Of a stretch of 64,000 nt of DNA, positions 39,625 through 49,069 are shown in pieces. Position 1 is the first letter of the stretch, and the number at the start of each line of letters is the position of its first letter. The position numbers and the translations under genes are program-made. Below the pieces are notes generated by a model. The model did no database searches. It was not told the DNA's origin and worked only from the letters and a program-made list of their open reading frames with translations. Location of the stretch: IMG/VR virus record IMGVR_UViG_2061766007_000739; one strand, written 5' to 3'. The DNA is from an uncultured virus (IMG/VR IMGVR_UViG_2061766007_000739). Taxonomy: Duplodnaviria > Heunggongvirae > Uroviricota > Caudoviricetes.

Positions 39625-40796
39625 TAGAAATAGACCTCCGGGGTCATGGCTGCCTCACGTCTTGCATTAGCTTCACGACGTGTTTTCATTGAAGCCTTAA
39701 ACTTCTCCTTGGCCACGTTTCCATATTTCAACATGAATAGGATATCGGACCCACCCGGTTGGCGGGTACGTGCATCTATGTACTCCTGTCGCACGTACCC
39801 ATCTTCGCCAAGGGGAAGATTGCATCCATGAAGGACTTCGCCATTGATGTCCTTCTCAGCGATGCCATCCCAATCAAACCACTTATACCCATCGTGGCAG
39901 GTGGCCGTGCGGCCATCTCTACCCGCTTCGTCATTATCCCAAATGAACACGCAGTTTTCCTTGTGCTGGGCAATCTTTGGGTTGTCCATCAAAATCTCGT
40001 GAAGATGCTGGACACCCCCAATCCCTATCGCATTGGGGATAAACGTAGAGTCGATGGTGCCTTCCAGAACATAGAAGGGCTGGTCAAATCGGATAAAGTC
40101 GATGTTGTAGGCTTCCCTGCGGACATTTTTCAGGTTCAGATAGCGCATCGGGTTGTTCCTGTCGATTGCGCGGGCATCGAACTGTGTCCACTTGCCACCG
40201 AAATGATAGAACGGCATGATGATACGGTTCTTGTACTCATTGCCGACCGGCCTTCCAGTTTCCGGGTTGATAATCAGGTTGCCATTGGCATCCCTGTGCA
40301 GGAACTGATTTCCTTCAAGACACACGAACCACTTCTCGAAAACCTCCGGACGGATCTTTCTCCTCTTGCACTCATCCAGGCCGGCACGGGCCAACGGGTG
40401 GTTTGCCGTAATGGATATCAGTTCCCCATCGACGAAAGGGGAGCCCGGTGGGAGTGCGGGACGGTCATCCTTGACTTCCTCCTTGCGCTTCCTCTGACCC
40501 GACATCGCGCCAAACGCGGAATAGATGAGCTTGGAGTATGTCTCAGGTTCAGTCTGCTTCAAATACGACGCAAACGGCATGGAGCATGGACACTTGAAGC
40601 AGATGTACTTCCAGGTATCCTTGTAAATCCACGCCTTCCTCTTGTTCGGGAAGCGCATATCGCCGCATACCGGGCACACAAACTCGTAATGGTCAGAACG
40701 CTCTTTCAGGTTCTGGGCGCCATACAGTTCATGAATGACCTGGTCATAGACACTGGCAGGTATTTCGGAATAATCGATAGCCATGAACACCACCAA
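39624..40796 (-). CDS. gp61: DNA primase (T4 gp61-like)
   Basis: Zn finger CPVCGD...CFKC, RIIMPF, FDARA, and TOPRIM motifs VLEGTIDSTF and WDNDEAG. Confidence 0.92.
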   Translation of the reverse strand: MVVFMAIDYSEIPASVYDQVIHELYGAQNLKERSDHYEFVCPVCGDMRFPNKRKAWIYKDTWKYICFKCPCSMPFASYLKQTEPETYSKLIYSAFGAMSGQRKRKEEVKDDRPALPPGSPFVDGELISITANHPLARAGLDECKRRKIRPEVFEKWFVCLEGNQFLHRDANGNLIINPETGRPVGNEYKNRIIMPFYHFGGKWTQFDARAIDRNNPMRYLNLKNVRREAYNIDFIRFDQPFYVLEGTIDSTFIPNAIGIGGVQHLHEILMDNPKIAQHKENCVFIWDNDEAGRDGRTATCHDGYKWFDWDGIAEKDINGEVLHGCNLPLGEDGYVRQEYIDARTRQPGGSDILFMLKYGNVAKEKFKASMKTRREANARREAAMTPEVYF

Positions 40797-40847
40797 AGCT
40801 ATTCACCCGGTAAAAATGTACCGGGTGAATAGTCGAACTAGAATTGG

Positions 40848-41360
40848 TTAATCACAATCAATGTATTCGTATGGTTCACCGGGCATTGCAATTTGCAAAA
40901 CTTTTTCATGCGCATCCTTTGTCAGCAGGACCATTGAATTATAAATAAAGCATTGCGTGTCGGCATCAAATTGTATTAGCTTATGCAATCTAGCATGATG
41001 TCTCCTGCTAAGCACAAATACTTTATGCGGATAATTGTAATTCCAGTGATGAAGCTCCACTCCCTCAGGAAATTTACCATATCGTCTTTCAAGAAAAGCC
41101 CTGGTCTTCCGTTCACTATGCGACTGGGTATGCTTCTTTCCTTTATACAATCGTTCCCATTTATCTCGACCACGTTTACGTTCGCGTTCAATAAAATCTT
41201 GGTCTTCGATATTTTCCATGTATTTGGCATGGACATCTTTCTTGGTGCATTCCTTACATTTGTTAAGATGCCCGTCAGCCATTCGAGGGTGAGAATAAAA
41301 GGCTTCTAATGGTAGAAGCCTTCCACACTTAAAACATACCTTTTCGTGTATTTCGCTCAT
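40848..41360 (-). CDS. Putative HNH (homing) endonuclease with N-terminal Zn ribbon
   Basis: KVCFKC...AFY.H..MADGHLNKCKEC and ELHHWNYNYPHKVFVLSRRHHARLH; visibly more AT-rich than its neighbours. Confidence 0.7.
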   Translation of the reverse strand: MSEIHEKVCFKCGRLLPLEAFYSHPRMADGHLNKCKECTKKDVHAKYMENIEDQDFIERERKRGRDKWERLYKGKKHTQSHSERKTRAFLERRYGKFPEGVELHHWNYNYPHKVFVLSRRHHARLHKLIQFDADTQCFIYNSMVLLTKDAHEKVLQIAMPGEPYEYIDCD

Positions 41361-41371
41361 CTACGAACACT

Positions 41372-42883
41372 TTAAAAAGGTAAATCCGAGTCATCATCCA
41401 CTTGGACCGTGACTCCCGCCGGAGTTCCGCCTACCCCCGGTGCACCAGCGAACTGGTTAGGCTGCGGGGTCGGTGCTGCAGGCGGTACATACTGCGGAGC
41501 CGGCTGAGTAGCAGGTGTCGCGAACTGCGGATTAACCTGTTGCGGTGTCATGGTGCCGAAGTTAGCCTGAGGCGCTGCCGGGGTAGCAAATGTACTCTGC
41601 GGTACAGGTGCTGCACCAGGGACGGCACCCGGGGTAGCAAATGCACTCTGCGGAGCAGGGGCTGCACCTGGAGTAGCGAAAGCACTCTGTTGGACAGGGA
41701 TACTCGCGTTCGGAGTTACATATGCGCTCTGCGGCTGAGGCTGGGCATAGTTAGGTGCTGCCGGGTTGTTGAAGAATGCACCGGCGTTACCGACAGTGGT
41801 CTTCGGCTGAGGAGGAACGTAGGCGCTCGGAGTAGAGGCCGGCATCGTGCCACCCTGGCCCGGCTGAGCATACTGCGGCTGACCGTACGGGGCTGGCTGC
41901 TGATAGGACGGATAGCCGTTGGCAGCGATGTTGTTATTGTTGTCAGCGGCCATGGCGGGAGCGCCATCGTAGGCAGCATAGAAGCTACGGGTGACACCTT
42001 CCAATTCCTCGACGGTCTTCGGCTGAAGTTCGTACTTGGAGAGGTCATGACACTGGTTGAGAATCTGCATGATGCCTTCGTCATTCTGGGCAAGCGGTGT
42101 TGCCATCGGCTCGAATTCTGAAGCATCCCACACTGCTGCACCCTTATGAGTACCCCATGCCTTGGTGGTGTCCCATGTGCCTCTCAAGTGGAAGACTGCA
42201 CCGGAAAGAACATGCCAAGGAATGCCGACATACTTGGGCGTACTGGTATACTGCTGTTTGGCCTGGCCATTCTTGTTGACGTTGCGTTCAGGCAACGCGG
42301 CCATGACCTTGTCCCACTGCTTAGTCTTGGCGTGCCAAATCTTAATCTGGCCATTGTTTTCCGGGTGAACGAAGTCATTGAGGATGAGGACGTTCACATA
42401 TATGTCGTCAACGGACAGGTTTCCGGAAATACCGGAATCCTTAGCCTGCTGCTCGCCGTAAGTGTTCTTGATTTTATAGTAACGGTCCCATGTTTCCTTG
42501 CAGAGCGGGCAATAGGACTTGCCGTACTTTGCGTTCGGATCGGGAATGTTTCCGCGACAGATGACCGGGCCTTCGCCCCAACGCTGACCATCGCGCTTTT
42601 TGAGATAATGTTTTCTGCAATTTACGTGGGGCCAGAGGTTGCCCTGCACGCCCGCGAGTCCTCTCGGAAGGATGCGGATGATGGCTTCAACGCTTTCGTG
42701 CTGTGCATCGCACTGGAGCTGCCATTCGTTCGGGTCTGCCGGGGCGGCTTGTCCACCTGCCGGGGTTTCCGGGACGCCCATGTTTGCGAACATGGAGTTA
42801 AACTGGGTAGCGGCACCTGGTTGGGTAAACTGAGGCTGTCCACCAATGCCAAACTGATTCTGCTGAGGGATATTCTGATCCAT
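41372..42883 (-). CDS. gp32: Single-stranded DNA-binding protein (T4 gp32-like) with long disordered tail
   Basis: AIIRILP, C...CPLC Zn ligands, YVNVLILNDFVHPENNGQIKIW and WDASEF; ends DDDSDLPF. Confidence 0.85.
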   Translation of the reverse strand: MDQNIPQQNQFGIGGQPQFTQPGAATQFNSMFANMGVPETPAGGQAAPADPNEWQLQCDAQHESVEAIIRILPRGLAGVQGNLWPHVNCRKHYLKKRDGQRWGEGPVICRGNIPDPNAKYGKSYCPLCKETWDRYYKIKNTYGEQQAKDSGISGNLSVDDIYVNVLILNDFVHPENNGQIKIWHAKTKQWDKVMAALPERNVNKNGQAKQQYTSTPKYVGIPWHVLSGAVFHLRGTWDTTKAWGTHKGAAVWDASEFEPMATPLAQNDEGIMQILNQCHDLSKYELQPKTVEELEGVTRSFYAAYDGAPAMAADNNNNIAANGYPSYQQPAPYGQPQYAQPGQGGTMPASTPSAYVPPQPKTTVGNAGAFFNNPAAPNYAQPQPQSAYVTPNASIPVQQSAFATPGAAPAPQSAFATPGAVPGAAPVPQSTFATPAAPQANFGTMTPQQVNPQFATPATQPAPQYVPPAAPTPQPNQFAGAPGVGGTPAGVTVQVDDDSDLPF

Positions 42884-43055
42884 TTTACTATCCTTTGTTT
42901 CTAGTTCTTGATGCTAAGTAGCTGCTAGTATCTGTTAATATCTGCTATCCACAGTTTATAAGTAGGAGCACTTCTTCGCACCCGTCATAAAATGTAGCAA
43001 AAGAAAAGGCGGTTTGGAAGCCGCCTTTCAAAAATTTTTGATTGTAAAGATTATT

Positions 43056-43688
43056 TTACGTTTCTTCAGGCTTCTTGTAGGTAATCCTGGCCTTCATCTC
43101 GGCATCGTTTACCGCCGCGGTCACTATTTCGTCCATATTGTCCGGAAGCACGAAGTCCTCGCCATATTCTTCCTCGAAGGCCATGGCGCATTCCTTCATG
43201 ACATCCTCGAATTCCCAGCCGATGCACTTGGCAGCGACATTCTGGATAATGGCCAAGTCGATAACCTTCTTGGCCTCGTCATCCAAGTCGGATGTCTGAG
43301 AATCGTCCACATTGGGGTTATAGGTTTCCGGAATGTACTTGTTACCGTTCTCATCAGTAACAAACATATCCTTAGTTTCCTGATCGGAAAGTTCGTGTGC
43401 CTCAGTGACAACATCGGCATCGGTTTCGTACTCGGGTGCACGGGAAATATAGCTCTTGCCGAGCATCGGGTTGTCACGTTCCTCACGCAACTTCGCGAGC
43501 CACTTCTCCCTATATACTGTCGGGAGGTTCTGGTGGCTACCGTAGACACCATCCTGTGCATTGAGGAGCATCAGGCTTGTGCTCTTGATTTCCTTGTTAC
43601 GTTCTTCGGCCTCTCGTTCCAGGGTCTCCTGAATTTCCTTGACAACTGCGCCGTGTCCAGGGAAATGAAATCTACTCATCGTCGTCAT
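43056..43688 (-). CDS. Hypothetical acidic protein
   Basis: 210 aa ORF coupled to the upstream gene in the replication operon. Confidence 0.6.
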   Translation of the reverse strand: MTTMSRFHFPGHGAVVKEIQETLEREAEERNKEIKSTSLMLLNAQDGVYGSHQNLPTVYREKWLAKLREERDNPMLGKSYISRAPEYETDADVVTEAHELSDQETKDMFVTDENGNKYIPETYNPNVDDSQTSDLDDEAKKVIDLAIIQNVAAKCIGWEFEDVMKECAMAFEEEYGEDFVLPDNMDEIVTAAVNDAEMKARITYKKPEET

Positions 43689-44178
43689 CCTCCGCTACCA
43701 TATCCATCATGGCGGTGAATTCAGCATCATCATCTTCTTCCGGTTCCGCCTGGGGTTGTGGTCTAGGTGCGTCAAAATTCAACTCCCCACGCCGTACCTG
43801 TTCATTCACCCGTTCAAGTTCGTCCACGGAAATCTCGATGCCTTTATCCGCAGCAATCATCAGCTTGATATCGTTATCCACGAGAGGACCGAGCTTAGCG
43901 GATTCCACCACGCTCTCGATAGCGCACAGGATGGTCAACATAGTCACGCCATAATCCTTGTACCGATCGTAGACAACATGGATGGCCTCGTTCAACTTTG
44001 CACGGGCCTTTTTGAGGTAGGATTCCGGCATAGTGAGCACGACAGCCATGTCGCCCTCGTATCTGGGAGGGGCACTGAGGAACTTGTTGATTTCGCTGAC
44101 AAGGAGTTCGGTTTCGGCTTCCTTGCTCAGGTTGACTGCACTTGACGGATCATTAGAATCGGTGTTCAGATGAAGCAT
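43672..44178 (-). CDS. Hypothetical protein; weak resemblance to late-transcription coactivator gp33
   Basis: Helical core TMLTILCAIESVVESAKLGPLVDNDIKLMI and position near gp32; the resemblance is weak. Confidence 0.45.
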   Translation of the reverse strand: MLHLNTDSNDPSSAVNLSKEAETELLVSEINKFLSAPPRYEGDMAVVLTMPESYLKKARAKLNEAIHVVYDRYKDYGVTMLTILCAIESVVESAKLGPLVDNDIKLMIAADKGIEISVDELERVNEQVRRGELNFDAPRPQPQAEPEEDDDAEFTAMMDMVAEDDDDE

Positions 44179-44212
44179 AATTGATTCCTAAATTATTACC
44201 TTCGAAAAACTA

Positions 44213-44983
44213 CTACATTTGACCACTATCTTTCTTCCGGGCACTCTTCCTGCGCTTTGCCGCGGCTTCCTGATCGAACATCATGTCCGAGCGGAGGGCA
44301 AGGTCGTAATCCAATAAGCACCTTGACTTCTTTTTCTTGCTTCCGGAACCCTTGACGGTGTATCGCATGAGGGCGAGAATGTCTGGGGGAATGGAATCCG
44401 GTCCGAGAACATCGAACTTGATATGGTTGCGCAATATCTCGCACATCCAGAACGCATCACAAAAGTCCGAATGGGGGCTCTCGTACTGTTTCAGTGTGTC
44501 AAAGTATGGGTAATAGAACTGGGGGTAAAAATCCTTCACGGCCTGGCACATGGCCGGCTTCTGCGCACCACCGTTGCCGGTAGCAAAATGCTTAATCTGG
44601 GGAATGCCGTAGGTTATGATGCCCTTTCCCTGCATGAAGAAATGGTATCGCACACCACCGCAGAACTCACCAATCTGGAAAATCGCATTACTCCCCTGCT
44701 TCTCAGCCTCGCCATAGGCATAGTCCTCGAACGAGATGTACTTCACATCCTCCATATCCTTGCTCAACAGGGTATATGCGCGTTCCATCCTGGCCATCAT
44801 CGGCAGCTTGGTATAGTCCGTTCCGAGGGCATAGATGTGAACATGCTCCTCGTCATGCAGGTAGCACAACTTGGAGCTATATCCGTAGTAGTCCACTGAC
44901 TTGATGTCAAGCGTAACGTCGTCAAGGTCCATGATGACCTTGCCCGACGAATTCATGGATGGGTCTATTCCGGCAATCTTCAT
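44213..44983 (-). CDS. ruvC: RuvC-like Holliday junction resolvase
   Basis: IAGIDPSMNSSG, SFEDYAYG, IKHFATGNGGAQK and SDFCDAF. Confidence 0.85.
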   Translation of the reverse strand: MKIAGIDPSMNSSGKVIMDLDDVTLDIKSVDYYGYSSKLCYLHDEEHVHIYALGTDYTKLPMMARMERAYTLLSKDMEDVKYISFEDYAYGEAEKQGSNAIFQIGEFCGGVRYHFFMQGKGIITYGIPQIKHFATGNGGAQKPAMCQAVKDFYPQFYYPYFDTLKQYESPHSDFCDAFWMCEILRNHIKFDVLGPDSIPPDILALMRYTVKGSGSKKKKSRCLLDYDLALRSDMMFDQEAAAKRRKSARKKDSGQM

Positions 44984-44992
44984 GCCGAAAAA

Positions 44993-46621
44993 CTATATCA
45001 TACTTGCCACTCGTTCACCGGGCCTCGACGGCAACTGTTCCGGGGGAGGCGCCTTCGGTGGCTGGGTGTTGTCCTTCTTGGGGGCACGCGGGCCACGGGC
45101 GGGCGACTGGTTCGCCATGTAGGCTTCCTGTTCAGTGCGGAGTTCCTGATAATGGGTGAGTTCTTCTTGCGTCGCATCAAACCACTTCATCTTCATGAAG
45201 TCGCATCTTGTCTGGAAGGTATCGGAGTTACGTCCGAAACGGTTCTTCAAGAAGGTATGGTAGAACATGCCGCATTCGCGCAGGACGGAGTCGGATGTAA
45301 TGGAAATCATCACGTCGGAGGTTTCCGAGTAACCGGAAGAACCCTGCACCGCCTCGATACCCGCATCAAGAGAATTGTAACCCATACGGTTGAACTGCAC
45401 TGCGGAAAGACCGGCGATATTGCGTTCAATCAGGAAGTCACGAATCTGTTCGGCCTTGGCCACGCCATCAAGATACATGCTGCGCTGCTCGGCGGCGGAG
45501 AGGCCAGGCTTCATGATACCGATGTAGTCGATGACTAGAAGATCGAGCTTGCCGAAAGTAGCCTCGAACTGGTCAACATACATTTCGATGTCAGCCGGAG
45601 TGGTGGTGGTCTTCAAGCGCTTAATCTGGAAGTTGCCATGGACACCATCACCTTGGTTTGCACGGAGCGTTGCGTCAATCTTTGCGCGGCATTCTTCCTC
45701 GGTCATCTGCAGGATGTCGGGCATTGCCGCATCGCACAGGTTGGCTGCCAAACGCTGCCACAGGTAGTCTTCGGCAAGTTCAAGGGAGATGTAAAGGACA
45801 TTGTATCCGTAGGAGTATGCGAACACGGCCTCGTTACCTAGTATAAGGCTCTTACCGACGTTCGGCTGACCGACAAAGAGGGTAAGGGTCTTGCGGTAAT
45901 ATCCTCCGCCCCTGATGGAGCCATCCTTCTCGACAGTACCTGTCTTGGCGCGGATTTCGTTGATGGACGACGGGATGCATTCCTTGCGTTCCTTCAGCAA
46001 GGCAAGTGCGGCACCAATGTCATTGTAGACATTGAGACCAAGGTTCGTATGTAAAGAGAAATTTACCGCTTCTTTGAGTTTCGGTATCAGGTTGTTAATC
46101 CCATCGACATGCCGGTCATGGACATTCTCCGCGGCGCTGATGAGGATATTCTCGGTCATCCTTTCACGGAAATGACCTTCAATCAAATCTATGAGGTATT
46201 CCTGTCGAACGCCTACCATCGGCGTATTGCAGATATACCCGAGTTTCTGGACAAGCTGTTCGGAGAAACCAGTGGAGCCCATGCCAAGGATAAGTTCCTG
46301 CGCAGTCGGGCTACGCTTGTATTTCTTCTCGAACTTCCCGATTACTTTCGTGAGCGCCTGGTTTACAGGGTCCACAAACATCTTCGGGTTCATATATGCC
46401 CTCAGTTTTGGGCCGATTACATTGTCGTTAAAATATGTCCTAAGAACAAGGTCTTCCTTACTGAGTTGGATGACCGGTACGGTTCTTGATGTTGGGTCCC
46501 AGGCTGGAGGTAGGGCTGCCGCCAAGGCATCCTGAGTCACCCCCTGCTGTGCTGGAATCTGTGCCGTCACTACCGGTTGGAAAGGGGGTGGTACTGTGTT
46601 ATCGATTACGGTGTCTGACAT
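44993..46621 (-). CDS. gp41: Replicative DnaB-like helicase (T4 gp41-like)
   Basis: Walker A GQPNVGKS, YISLEL, VIDYIGIM, SAVQFNR and LKNRFG. Confidence 0.92.
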   Translation of the reverse strand: MSDTVIDNTVPPPFQPVVTAQIPAQQGVTQDALAAALPPAWDPTSRTVPVIQLSKEDLVLRTYFNDNVIGPKLRAYMNPKMFVDPVNQALTKVIGKFEKKYKRSPTAQELILGMGSTGFSEQLVQKLGYICNTPMVGVRQEYLIDLIEGHFRERMTENILISAAENVHDRHVDGINNLIPKLKEAVNFSLHTNLGLNVYNDIGAALALLKERKECIPSSINEIRAKTGTVEKDGSIRGGGYYRKTLTLFVGQPNVGKSLILGNEAVFAYSYGYNVLYISLELAEDYLWQRLAANLCDAAMPDILQMTEEECRAKIDATLRANQGDGVHGNFQIKRLKTTTTPADIEMYVDQFEATFGKLDLLVIDYIGIMKPGLSAAEQRSMYLDGVAKAEQIRDFLIERNIAGLSAVQFNRMGYNSLDAGIEAVQGSSGYSETSDVMISITSDSVLRECGMFYHTFLKNRFGRNSDTFQTRCDFMKMKWFDATQEELTHYQELRTEQEAYMANQSPARGPRAPKKDNTQPPKAPPPEQLPSRPGERVASMI

Positions 46622-46733
46622 AATAATTGGGAACTAAAATTCTGTATGCTGAAAATATAGCAAAAAATATCTTCCTTTAAAGGAAAAATAAAAGAAAAAG
46701 TCGGGAAGTTCCCGACTCTTTTAGACTTATGTC

Positions 46734-48044
46734 TTATTCAGCATCGGCTGAATCCGGCGAATCCGTCTCCCCCTCATCCTCGCCGAGTGCCTTTGCCATG
46801 CTGGCAGCCTTCTTCTTTGCTTCCTTTTCGGCCTTCTTCAAGTTGCGGTCCACCTCTTCCTCGTTTACTTCGAGACTTACGCTGTCGTCGATGCCATTCT
46901 GACCAAGCTTGTCCGAAAGCGACTTGTTCTTGTAGGTTTCATGGACATAGTCATTGATCGGATCGAGGATGGTTCCAATAGTCTCGGCCTTGTGAAGGTC
47001 CTTGTTCAAGCAAGTAATCCATTCGGAGCGAGGCTTGCGCGGATCCTTGATAACCCAAGCGCCGGCATTGCCAACACGACCGGCCGGGGGCGGAACATCC
47101 GGAAACTTATTGGCTGTATATGCTTCCAGAAGGCCAGCTTCCTTAGCAATTTCATGGAGACCATAGTATGGATTCAGGCCCGTCTTCCAGTCAAGGTACA
47201 TCTTGACCTTGGTGCCCACGTGAACAAAACAACTCTTCTTGATAAGTACGTTAAGAATAAGTCCAAGCTTGGTCTTGTCATCCTTGGACACCACCTCAAA
47301 CCCAACGGTAAGGTCGAATATAATACGGGCAAAATACTTGGAGCCTTCGCCACCAGCAATCTCTTCGGGGTTTCCGTAACTGGTTGGCTTCAGGTACTTG
47401 TGGTTGGTGAAGTAAGCCGGAATGCCGAGCTCACCGCAACGGAAAGTCATGTCGGTGAAGAGAGCCTTCAGCTTCTTGGCCTTTGTCATGTCAGCGCTAT
47501 CTGCACCCTTCTGAGCATCATCCACACCCTTGTTAGTAAAGAGACCACCAAGCGAGTCAATAACGATGGCGCATTTACGCTTATTCTCAAACCTTTCACC
47601 CTTGTCTTCTTCCAACTGGGTAACCAAGGTAGAAAGACTGTGATGCAACTGTTCGACAGTGTGCATCCTGACAATTTCAAACTGCCCCTCGATAAATCCA
47701 AAATCGTTGATGAGACTTTCCTCGGTAGTTTCGTTTTCCGTGTCATACCAGAAAATGTAATATCCCAGCCTCATTAGTCCTAGAGCAAAGTTCAGCTTGG
47801 CGATGAGGGACTTACCGGTTCCGAAGAAGCCAACCGCCATAAAGAACTTGTTCATGTTGAAGCCCTGGTATACGTCACCTGACAGTGCCGCATTGAACGC
47901 GTATGAACCGCTTGGGATGAATCCATACTCGGGACGCTTCTTATTGTGGTCAAGATATTTGTCGCCGGTCTTCAACTTACGGAAATATCCGAAATCCGGT
48001 GCCACCTGGACACCTGCTGTTGTTGCTGCTGCTTTCTTTGCCAT
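46734..48044 (-). CDS. uvsX: RecA-like recombinase (UvsX)
   Basis: SGSYAFNAALSG, GFFGTGKS, YDTE, VIDSLG, ADMTKAKKLKALF, TNHKY, GGEG and GLNPYYGL. Confidence 0.92.
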   Translation of the reverse strand: MAKKAAATTAGVQVAPDFGYFRKLKTGDKYLDHNKKRPEYGFIPSGSYAFNAALSGDVYQGFNMNKFFMAVGFFGTGKSLIAKLNFALGLMRLGYYIFWYDTENETTEESLINDFGFIEGQFEIVRMHTVEQLHHSLSTLVTQLEEDKGERFENKRKCAIVIDSLGGLFTNKGVDDAQKGADSADMTKAKKLKALFTDMTFRCGELGIPAYFTNHKYLKPTSYGNPEEIAGGEGSKYFARIIFDLTVGFEVVSKDDKTKLGLILNVLIKKSCFVHVGTKVKMYLDWKTGLNPYYGLHEIAKEAGLLEAYTANKFPDVPPPAGRVGNAGAWVIKDPRKPRSEWITCLNKDLHKAETIGTILDPINDYVHETYKNKSLSDKLGQNGIDDSVSLEVNEEEVDRNLKKAEKEAKKKAASMAKALGEDEGETDSPDSADAE

Positions 48045-48142
48045 GATATACCTCTCTTTTCAACTGAAATTTAACTATTACTAATCTGCTTGTCAACTGC
48101 TTAATAACAAAAATATCCACATTATCAACAATTTATCAACAC

Positions 48143-49069
48143 CTATGTCATTCTGGACAGTAGGTTCACCCCTCCCTGGACACGTTCCCACATGTCCATC
48201 TTGCCCATCATGGGGGTGCAAAATACCTTGAACTTTCCATAGGTCACCTTGTGCCACGGGAAGTTGGAACTTTCCGGCAGCTTGAACGGGGACATGCTCA
48301 TAACGACGATTGGGTGGAACGAATTGGCCTTCTTCACATCAAGTACCGACTTAAAGCCTTCGAGGGCCAGCATGCAAGTTCCGTTCTCCGCGATATCCCG
48401 CAGCACGACCCGACCCGGTGTTTCTGCAGTTTCTATGAACATGAGCGCACTGGTCGGCCCCTCGGGATGGAACATTGCCGACCTGGGGTCCCTCATTATG
48501 GAGAGGTATTCTTCAAGGTCAAAATATCCAAACACCGGAATGCCACGGTTCTTCTTGTTCGGCATCTGGCTCACGGTATATATGTAACGGCTCAGAAGTG
48601 GTTCCATGAACTTGCCATCATCAAAGTCTATCCGAACCATCAGGTCATGAATGCCCCGGAGATCCTTCAATCGGTTAGCATTAAAGGTGATGCCTCGATG
48701 CATCTTGTCATATACCATATTGGGTTTGCTGATAACTGTAGAAAACTTGCCGGAAAACTTGTAGGCTCCGAAATCCAGAGTAGGCACATGAAAATGGTTG
48801 AGCGCGGCCGCCAGGGTAACCGGGTCCCTCACATTTCCGACTACCCCGTCAACAACATATACCTCGATACTCTTACCATCAAGTTTCATCGCCGGCATGA
48901 TAACGCCATTGGAGTTATGGTAGCTAGCTTCCATAATATACGTACCGTCATTCGGCGTGCCATCCTCTCGGCATATTCCGAGGCGTATCCCAACTTCTTT
49001 CCACCCGGTCTTGTAGTCATCCACGTAAACCAGATGGGTATTGGTGGCGACCTGCTGTCCCAACATCAT
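48143..49069 (-). CDS. Hypothetical protein
   Basis: 308 aa ORF overlapping the stop of the gp25 fusion. Confidence 0.65.
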   Translation of the reverse strand: MMLGQQVATNTHLVYVDDYKTGWKEVGIRLGICREDGTPNDGTYIMEASYHNSNGVIMPAMKLDGKSIEVYVVDGVVGNVRDPVTLAAALNHFHVPTLDFGAYKFSGKFSTVISKPNMVYDKMHRGITFNANRLKDLRGIHDLMVRIDFDDGKFMEPLLSRYIYTVSQMPNKKNRGIPVFGYFDLEEYLSIMRDPRSAMFHPEGPTSALMFIETAETPGRVVLRDIAENGTCMLALEGFKSVLDVKKANSFHPIVVMSMSPFKLPESSNFPWHKVTYGKFKVFCTPMMGKMDMWERVQGGVNLLSRMT

